Below are positions 7,621 to 13,607 of a stretch of DNA of 39,165 bases, piece after piece. Position numbers and translations under genes: made by a program. The stretch covers positions 1 to 39,165 of IMG/VR virus record IMGVR_UViG_3300027823_000003; one strand, written 5' to 3'. Position 1 is the stretch's first letter; each line of letters starts with the position of its first letter. This DNA comes from a virus. The notes under the pieces are model-generated. The model had not been told where the DNA came from. It ran no database searches and saw nothing but the letters and a program-made list of their open reading frames with translations.

Positions 7621-8123
7621 CTCCCTCGAAAGCGTGGAGTCCGGCCTTCGTGTGAATACAAGGTTTTAAATTCGTCTGGCCGTGCCCTTAGAATCATCCC
7701 TGCAATGAAATTCTTGCTAGACCGCACTCGTACCCTTACTGTGCGCCCGTCGCTCGCCACAGCGTCAAGTACGCGAGGATTAGGCCATGTCCTAGAAACG
7801 GTCAACTCCTCCAGGTTATCCTCCGCCGCGTCCGCAATTTTTTTAAGTAACCCGGGTAATATTTGAGATGGGGTTCTGAACTCGTCATCCGCCCCCACTC
7901 CAAGCCCCCCAGCCAGTTTTTCCGCAGTCTGGACTACCTTAGCCGCCATCCGCCCTATCACGCCCCTCAGACGGTCAATCCCGCCCTTAGTCAGCATGAT
8001 CGACCGCCCATCAAGAACAAAGTCTTCCCCTACAAACAAATTTTCGGCCCTCATTTTTTTTAGTTCATCTCGGGATAGCCCTAGATCCTTGGCTACGGAC
8101 TCTTCAGAAAACCTCTCAATCAT
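7614..8123 (-). CDS. Hypothetical protein with N-terminal HTH-like segment
   Basis: 169-aa ORF. The N-terminal SVAKDLGLSRDELKKMR resembles a DNA-binding helix-turn-helix. Confidence 0.6.
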   Translation of the reverse strand: MIERFSEESVAKDLGLSRDELKKMRAENLFVGEDFVLDGRSIMLTKGGIDRLRGVIGRMAAKVVQTAEKLAGGLGVGADDEFRTPSQILPGLLKKIADAAEDNLEELTVSRTWPNPRVLDAVASDGRTVRVRVRSSKNFIAGMILRARPDEFKTLYSHEGRTPRFRGRW

Positions 8124-8272
8124 AGAGACCTCCAGATTGCACCTAGCCAGTAGATTGTGCAGAACACTGCCACCATAGTCCCACCTATCACGCCCGCTGT
8201 GAAAGCTAGTAGTATAGTACTCGCATTAATGCCGTCCCAATCCGCGCCCGTCTTTTTTTTATAAGTCATCAT
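8120..8272 (-). CDS. Small single-pass membrane protein (50 aa, below the ORF-track cutoff)
   Basis: Read by hand: ctGGAGaatATGATG..., giving MMTYKKKTGADWDGINASTILLAFTAGVIGGTMVAVFCTIYWLGAIWRSL. The stop overlaps the next ATG (ctATGAtt). It has a clear hydrophobic helix. Confidence 0.55.
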   Translation of the reverse strand: MMTYKKKTGADWDGINASTILLAFTAGVIGGTMVAVFCTIYWLGAIWRSL

Positions 8273-8307
8273 ATTCTCCAGTTAATTTGTTCCGCTGTAA
8301 TCACACC
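8251..8307. repeat. Duplicated gene-junction cassette (copy 1; copy 2 at 8499..8551)
   Basis: It contains the 21-nt exact match ctccagttaatttgttccgct (8276-8296 = 8522-8542), a 9-nt match aatcacacc, and the tttttataag start region. Confidence 0.85.
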
Positions 8308-8515
8308 CGCTATCAAATCGCGTTTTCCACGTCCGCAACGCAGCCCGCCAATCCCGCATCACCCGCCGCCTTCCAATCTTCCAAGCATTTTGAGTATAGT
8401 AGTCAAAGAACTTCTCTGCCTCAATGTTATGCATCCGCAATGTTACCGCCGCATCCATCACTTCAAACAATGTCGGAGGCGCATCCGCCACCGCCGCCTC
8501 TTTTTTATAAGCCAT
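8282..8515 (-). CDS. Small protein carrying the W-rich motif also found at the C-terminus of the replication organizer
   Basis: 77 aa. FFDYYTQNAWKIGRRRVMRDWRAALRTW aligns with FFDHFTSNGWRVGGRGPMKDWKAALRNW of 6847..7620. SD GGAGG lies upstream. Confidence 0.7.
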   Translation of the reverse strand: MAYKKEAAVADAPPTLFEVMDAAVTLRMHNIEAEKFFDYYTQNAWKIGRRRVMRDWRAALRTWKTRFDSGCDYSGTN

Positions 8516-8551
8516 AGCATCCTCCAGTTAATTTGTTCCGCTAATCACACC
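8499..8551. repeat. Duplicated gene-junction cassette (copy 2)
   Basis: See 8251..8307. Confidence 0.85.
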
Positions 8552-8612
8552 GATCAATCACCACCCGCCACCATAAGCGCCCCCACCAATACACTCCTTG
8601 TAATAAAATTTT

Positions 8613-9377
8613 CTAGCGGCCTGAACCAGATTGAGGGGGCCCCCCTCCCGCAATATCCGACCCCCCTCCCCCCCTTTGGGGTGTGCTGGAGTTTGGAGGA
8701 TAACAGTATAGCTTTTTACCAGAACTATCCTCTAAATCCGTAGCATTGCCCGTAGCAGACATGCTTTGTAGGGGCAAAACAACAGATTCAGAATCAAGCG
8801 TTGCTGAATCGGTGAGGGTTTCGACTTTGCTATTTGTTATAGCATTTCCACCAGTCAAAACGGTTGGCTGGACGTTGGCTAGTGGCAGGCTGGCTAGGTA
8901 GTCATTGAGGGACGCATGAGCAGGGGCAGCATGACTGACTTCTACTCGTGATGTCGCTTCACCGCACAGTAGCAGGAGCTTTTCGATGGAGATGCCTAAC
9001 GCCACCGCCAGCTCGCCCGGCTTCATGTCTCCGTCAAGGAATAGTTCCCTCATACGCTCCGCTCCTATTACTACACCCAGCCGTAAATCACGGATAGCTT
9101 GCTCTTTTAGTGTGTCTATGGTGACGTTCTCTCTTTCCATTACTGCGTAGATTGTGTTTGGACTGACTTTATATGCTCGTGCGATAGCTCTGATTCCGAT
9201 CCGCTCCGCCAATCCTTTGCAAATCGCGTGATAAACATTAGGCTTTTGTGCGTAAAGGCGTTCGCCGGTGAACGTCCCAGCCGATTCTAAGGCCTGCCAC
9301 TCGGTAGACTCGAACAAGACAGGAGATGCGGACATGGCCTGTTCCGACAGAGAAATCAATGATCGGCTATCTTCCAT
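8613..9377 (-). CDS. HTH-domain DNA-binding protein with Gly-rich C-terminus
   Basis: The ORF is open to a TTG at 9401; the ATG at 9377 (MEDSRS) follows GGGGGAA. There are two HTH-like segments (IGIRAIARAYKVSPNTIYAV and MKPGELAVALGISIEKL). The tail is PQRGGGGSDIAGGGPPQSGSGR. Confidence 0.6.
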   Translation of the reverse strand: MEDSRSLISLSEQAMSASPVLFESTEWQALESAGTFTGERLYAQKPNVYHAICKGLAERIGIRAIARAYKVSPNTIYAVMERENVTIDTLKEQAIRDLRLGVVIGAERMRELFLDGDMKPGELAVALGISIEKLLLLCGEATSRVEVSHAAPAHASLNDYLASLPLANVQPTVLTGGNAITNSKVETLTDSATLDSESVVLPLQSMSATGNATDLEDSSGKKLYCYPPNSSTPQRGGGGSDIAGGGPPQSGSGR

Positions 9378-9686
9378 GGTCGATTCCCCCAGAAATTCCA
9401 AAAAAAACGCCGCGAGGTTTGAGGTGCGTTGGCTGGTGTTTCCAGTGTTTAAAAAAAGACGGTGAACATGTAATCAGGCACTGCCACCGCTGAATCAGCA
9501 GCTCCGGACGGATCCAGTTAGACTCGCCCAGAGCGATCCACAGCGGAAACATCTCCAATGGGAGAGGTAGCGGGGCAAAGACCGCAGATATTGGACTCCG
9601 TGGCCTTGGTCCATATATGATTTCCACGGTCATTGGCTGGTGTAAAAATAATACTTTAGTTGTCATAAATCAAAAAAATCAAAAAA

Positions 9687-9872
9687 TTACGCCGCGCGAC
9701 TGGGCCGGAGAAGGGATTTCTGGTTCCGCAAAAGTTGAGGCAGTGCCTGCTTGATTAGGATGCGATAAACATCGCTCTTGCTAACCCCTAGGTTGACCGC
9801 AATTTGTGTAACATGCTTTTCAGTTTTAGGGTCAACGCGAAATGCTACTGGCGTATGATATTTATTGCGCAT
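9687..9872 (-). CDS. Ribbon-helix-helix (Arc/CopG-like) DNA-binding protein
   Basis: TPVAFRVDPKTEKHVTQIAVNLGVSKSDVYRILIKQAL fits a beta-strand/helix/helix RHH layout. The ATG at 9872 is preferred over the TTG at 9908. Confidence 0.55.
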   Translation of the reverse strand: MRNKYHTPVAFRVDPKTEKHVTQIAVNLGVSKSDVYRILIKQALPQLLRNQKSLLRPSRAA

Positions 9873-9933
9873 GTTTACAGTTGTTACATGGTATGGCAAT
9901 AGAGTCAATATAATTGTTTTAAAAAAACAACTA

Positions 9934-10131
9934 CTAGCGAGGTAGCGAGCGGATAGCTAGTTCCGCTTCGCGGCTGATACTCAACTTGTTCAGCTCCCGC
10001 CTTTGAACTGTCATATAGTCGACGCCCAGGAGCCAACCCAGGCCTTTCTGCGTTAGACCACGGGTGACTCTTTCCGTGCGATACTGGGATGGAGAGATGG
10101 TAACTGGGATTGATTTTATTGCTTTTTTCAT
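9934..10131 (-). CDS. Cro/CI-type (XRE family) HTH regulator
   Basis: 65 aa. RGLTQKGLGWLLGVDYMTVQRRE is a typical XRE helix-turn-helix. Confidence 0.65.
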   Translation of the reverse strand: MKKAIKSIPVTISPSQYRTERVTRGLTQKGLGWLLGVDYMTVQRRELNKLSISREAELAIRSLPR

Positions 10132-10135
10132 ATAA

Positions 10136-10357
10136 TTATTTCAGCCGCTTAAGGCTCTTAAAAGCGAGACCTTTCAGTGCCTCTAAAAGCTCCGCATTTT
10201 CAAGTTCAAGTTTCCGCGCAAATTCCGCAGTCACGTACTTCCCTTTCGGGTCTAGGCTGAACTCTTGAGGATGTTCGTGACAGCCGTCTATCACGGTTCC
10301 ATCCGCCGCGTCGGTTCTTGGTGTGTTGGTAAAGCCCGTCAATTTCATGTTATTCAT
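10136..10357 (-). CDS. Hypothetical protein
   Basis: 73-aa ORF whose start overlaps the upstream stop (ATGA-type). No motif recognised. Confidence 0.6.
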   Translation of the reverse strand: MNNMKLTGFTNTPRTDAADGTVIDGCHEHPQEFSLDPKGKYVTAEFARKLELENAELLEALKGLAFKSLKRLK

Positions 10358-10923
10358 AACACCTCCTTCGCCAGACGGATAGGCATGAGCAGGCCAAATG
10401 TACCAGTCGCCGCGTGGGCCATCAATTTGACGCCAGCCGCCGCGGGCGTCACGACGATAGGCATGTGCTCGTCCCTGAATTCCAGCTCGACCGCCTTGCA
10501 GCCCATGGCCTGCGCCAGCTTAAATAGCATGGCTGCGTCTAACATGACTGTAAAACGAGCAGTCCCCGTTTTTGAGCGAGTGACGAGTTCTTTTATGTCA
10601 GGATATTTGTTAGTCAGCTCCTCCTTTGGCCGCGGCATCGTAGATCCATCTTTCAGAGATAGGTGTTCTTGAGCTGTGATTTCTAGGTACCTATCTCGTT
10701 TAGTTGTCACAGTTTTGACTTTGCGGGCGGCTTGTAACGCAGCAATGGTTATCAGTCCGCTAGAGTCGTGCGAGCTGACCGCGACGGGTATAGACGCTAA
10801 CGCCCGGCCGTTTGATGCTATCACCCGCGCCTCTGCTGTGTCCAGATACACCGCCGCCAGCGGGGACCTTATTAGCTTTTTTCCGATCACTTTTTCAATC
10901 AGACATTTTTTATGTAGTTTCAT
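10354..10923 (-). CDS. Hypothetical protein, weak resemblance to a single sliding-clamp (DnaN) domain
   Basis: 189 aa. NKYPDIKELV followed by a helix (FTVMLDAAMLFKLAQAMG) recalls the FPDY..V.P segment of DnaN. This rests on pattern recognition only. Confidence 0.55.
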   Translation of the reverse strand: MKLHKKCLIEKVIGKKLIRSPLAAVYLDTAEARVIASNGRALASIPVAVSSHDSSGLITIAALQAARKVKTVTTKRDRYLEITAQEHLSLKDGSTMPRPKEELTNKYPDIKELVTRSKTGTARFTVMLDAAMLFKLAQAMGCKAVELEFRDEHMPIVVTPAAAGVKLMAHAATGTFGLLMPIRLAKEVL

Positions 10924-10942
10924 TTAATTTTATTGGTTTAGA

Positions 10943-11284
10943 TTATTCCCCCACTAAGCGGGCTCCTGTAATGCGTAGCAACTGGCCTTGGCTTCCGGGA
11001 CTATGATCAATCTCGGTAACTACACCTTCCTCTACGATCATTCTGTAATATTGCGTGTAACTCTCTTTACGTGCCCGCCCTCCCTTTCCAACGTTAAGCG
11101 TGACCTGTGACCGCACCTCAATACCTGATCCAGTGACCGCTTGGCCTTCTTTGGTAGTGCCCCCGACCCACGCGTTCCCCGTAGTCGTCTCGACTACATT
11201 CCGACCCGCCTGATTGACTGCGTACCTCGCCCATCCCTTGGACCGGCTAGGGTGACTGATGACTTCGATTTTAATTGTGCTCAT
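10943..11284 (-). CDS. Hypothetical protein
   Basis: 113 aa. The ATG is preceded by the conserved AAACACTACT leader. The N-terminus MSTIKIEV parallels MNTIKITV of the next gene upstream. Confidence 0.65.
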   Translation of the reverse strand: MSTIKIEVISHPSRSKGWARYAVNQAGRNVVETTTGNAWVGGTTKEGQAVTGSGIEVRSQVTLNVGKGGRARKESYTQYYRMIVEEGVVTEIDHSPGSQGQLLRITGARLVGE

Positions 11285-11304
11285 AGTAGTGTTTCTTTTT
11301 TAGG

Positions 11305-11673
11305 TTACTGTTTGACAAATTCGATCTCATATTCTCCAAGGTCACGGTCAAGGGTGGCTAGGATGTCTGCTTCAGTCCAATCGGGCTTTTCTCCCTCCAT
11401 AAGCTCTGCACGTAAATCATGCTCCAGCTTGTCGTTTAGGCTGGCTGTAACCCGGTAGTTTGTCGTCGTCCGCTGATAATCTCTCAGCCAATTTTCGTCA
11501 TCATCGCATTCATCTTGCAAGGCGTCGCATTGATTACCTAGCGCGGCCTCAGCCTCTTTTTCGTTATCCCAACACCCGCTTACCTCAGCGATCTGCCTGG
11601 AATTAGAGCCGTTCCATCCACGGAATTCCGCGAAAAAATATTGATAGGTAACCGTAATTTTAATTGTGTTCAT
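11305..11673 (-). CDS. Small, strongly acidic protein (candidate DNA-mimic/anti-restriction type)
   Basis: The ORF track opens at 11733, but the ATG at 11673 follows the conserved AAACACTACT leader. 122 aa with about 28 D/E against 12 K/R, including QDECDDDENW. Confidence 0.65.
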   Translation of the reverse strand: MNTIKITVTYQYFFAEFRGWNGSNSRQIAEVSGCWDNEKEAEAALGNQCDALQDECDDDENWLRDYQRTTTNYRVTASLNDKLEHDLRAELMEGEKPDWTEADILATLDRDLGEYEIEFVKQ

Positions 11674-11698
11674 AGTAGTGTTTTTTTTCTTGTTTAGG

Positions 11699-12127
11699 TT
11701 ATTCTTGGGGTGGGACGGCAACGCCTTGTTCACAGGCTATGCGGTATGTTTCATATTCCGCTAGGCGTTTAGCGTTGTCGGCTGCAATTAACGCTTCGAT
11801 TTGAGGCCGAGAAATGACGGCTTCACGTCCGCTTACGCTGTTAAGACTGTCAGAATACAAACACTCTCTATCTCTTGGCGCGCGTGCTGCGTCCGCTATA
11901 CTGTGCGCCTTTGCTGCGTGCTTAATCTCTTCAGCTTGCGCTTGCGCTGTGTGGGACTCCATAATGGCTCTACCTTTTTGAGCTAGCTCAAAAGCTACTT
12001 TCTGTAGGGAGCTTGTAGCAAACGCCGAGGTGTTTTGCTGTTCGATTCTAAAACCATCAACCGCTAAACATAGCGGCGTTGAATTGGCGAGTAGTTGATT
12101 TAATTTATTTGCTGTCTTATAGTTCAT
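11699..12127 (-). CDS. Hypothetical protein (first gene after the early promoter)
   Basis: 142 aa. The ATG is preceded by the AAACACTACT leader. No motif recognised. Confidence 0.65.
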   Translation of the reverse strand: MNYKTANKLNQLLANSTPLCLAVDGFRIEQQNTSAFATSSLQKVAFELAQKGRAIMESHTAQAQAEEIKHAAKAHSIADAARAPRDRECLYSDSLNSVSGREAVISRPQIEALIAADNAKRLAEYETYRIACEQGVAVPPQE

Positions 12128-12160
12128 AGTAGTGTTTTTTTCTTTTTTTTAGTGTTTTTA

Positions 12161-12186
12161 TGAGTGATATAATTACCGCTCACTCA
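12161..12186. promoter_or_regulatory. Inverted repeat TGAGTGA-N12-TCACTCA (operator-like) just downstream of the -10
   Basis: Perfect 7-bp arms (12161-12167 and 12180-12186) start 3 nt after the -10 hexamer on the minus strand. Confidence 0.45.
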
Positions 12187-12189
12187 ACA

Positions 12190-12217
12190 ACCCTACGACA
12201 TATAGCCGTAATGTCAA
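12190..12217 (-). promoter_or_regulatory. Sigma70-like promoter (TTGACA-N16-TAGGGT) with A/T-rich upstream element
   Basis: The minus strand reads aaaaaaataaattttaaaaaatggTTGACAttacggctatatgtcgTAGGGT. It lies between the integrase stop (12255) and the first early gene (12127). Confidence 0.5.
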
Positions 12218-12254
12218 CCATTTTTTAAAATTTATTTTTTTGCTCCTGAAACCA

Positions 12255-13478
12255 CTATAAATCCACCACCGGCGCAATCGGACGGAGAAGGGTAGCGTAA
12301 TGATTGGACGTGGTCGTATGGTCCGCGTGTCCGAGATGCTCTTGCGCCGCCAGTAGTCCATCCCGCGTAGCTATTATTGATCCGTTGTGTTTTCTGAGCT
12401 CATAGACCGTTTTACGGCTCCGCCTACCCGTGGGCAGCATTTTCTTTAGCCAATCAGATAGGCGCCTATACACCATGTCATATCGATGACTCTCGTTGCG
12501 CCCCGCGGCCACTACATGCTCATGGGCTGGAACTAATCTCATCCCGTCCGCCAAAAATTCCGGCACAGCCACCCACCTAGATTTGCCCTTGGGAGAAAAA
12601 TCAGACCGCTCAATAATTCCCAAAACCCAGGAATAAAAAACTAGACCATCGATCACTTTCTCCCGCCTCTCCAGCCAGCTACCTCGACACGCCAACACCT
12701 CAATATTCCTCAGCCCGCACCTACTCACAAGCATGTACGCCAGCCAGAGATCCCGATCCGAGTCAAGTAACCCCCTCGCCGACTCCTCCACCGTGTCGAT
12801 TACGGCCCTATCGATAGGCTGATAGCCTATATCCCGTGACTCAGGCAGGAGTTGACATCCATCCAGCGGATTGCCGCCCGTTAATTTTAGTCCCGCATAC
12901 AGTGGCATTGCGGCCTTAGCAAAAATTGAGCGGGCGCATCTCAACGTACTATTGACTGATACAGCTACCCGTTTCCCCGCCCAGGGATCCTGCCCAATCC
13001 GCGCCTCCGCCGCCTTACGGGATTTTGCCACGAATTTTACAAACATGTCTGGGGTGATTTCATCTATTCTCACTGATCGCGGGTTGCCCAGATCGCCCTT
13101 AGCCGCCCTTAAAATTCTCAGCAGGCACGAGATATTTCCTCGCCGCGTTCGGGTCCGGACCGCTGTTCCTGAGTCGTATCGATCTAACACCTCGCCGACA
13201 GTCGCATAATTATTTTTGAATTTGCCGGTGTCCGAGTTTCCCTCTAAAATATCGCGCCAAATTTCCCTTGCTTTTTTAGCCGCCGCCGCGGGCACATCCG
13301 TTTTCGTGGACCGCCAGTAAGCCCGCCGACGAAACTCAAACCGAGCCACAAAAAACGGGCTCCGATCAAGAAATGTTCTAACCTGCACAGACCGTCCGCC
13401 GCAGGTCAAATGAAACTGTGTATCCTCCGTATCCTCGTTGTTCGCCGACTTAACTTTTGCGATGATAATCTTAGACAT
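12255..13478 (-). CDS. int: Tyrosine recombinase / phage integrase
   Basis: 407 aa. It has box I-like SRCGLRNIEVLACRGSW, ELRKHNGS, and the C-terminal HLGHADHTTTSNHY with the catalytic Tyr context. Confidence 0.85.
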   Translation of the reverse strand: MSKIIIAKVKSANNEDTEDTQFHLTCGGRSVQVRTFLDRSPFFVARFEFRRRAYWRSTKTDVPAAAAKKAREIWRDILEGNSDTGKFKNNYATVGEVLDRYDSGTAVRTRTRRGNISCLLRILRAAKGDLGNPRSVRIDEITPDMFVKFVAKSRKAAEARIGQDPWAGKRVAVSVNSTLRCARSIFAKAAMPLYAGLKLTGGNPLDGCQLLPESRDIGYQPIDRAVIDTVEESARGLLDSDRDLWLAYMLVSRCGLRNIEVLACRGSWLERREKVIDGLVFYSWVLGIIERSDFSPKGKSRWVAVPEFLADGMRLVPAHEHVVAAGRNESHRYDMVYRRLSDWLKKMLPTGRRSRKTVYELRKHNGSIIATRDGLLAAQEHLGHADHTTTSNHYATLLRPIAPVVDL

Positions 13479-13607
13479 AACCCCTTTTGTTGTCAGGAAA
13501 TGTTACAGGAATAGTCCCGTAATCACGCCCTAGTTGTTACGTATTATCTGTAATCAAATGGCAAGGTCAAGCCTAAAACCGTTGCACCAACAGATTAGCC
13601 GACGCCG

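Noticed and set aside
9367-9666. 99-aa minus-strand ORF in the regulatory gap.
   Set aside because: It has no SD, an odd Pro/Trp/Leu-rich composition, and overlaps the start of the next gene. It is more likely non-coding, though this is not proven.
12173-12361. Nested or overlapping minus-strand ORFs: 12173..12361, 6268..6453, 17690..17872, 19109..19357, 34025..34330, 38665..38856 and 5043-adjacent shadows.
   Set aside because: They are out-of-frame within confidently called larger genes (integrase, dnaB, giant protein, portal, DUF551 gene), with no independent signals.
13479-13607. attP or arm-type sites in the gap upstream of int (repeats GATTACAG, GATTACGG, GTAACAAC, GTAACATT; weak TTGACC-N18-TAATAC).
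   Set aside because: The motifs are short and degenerate, and no host sequence is available for comparison. I cannot support an att call from this window alone.
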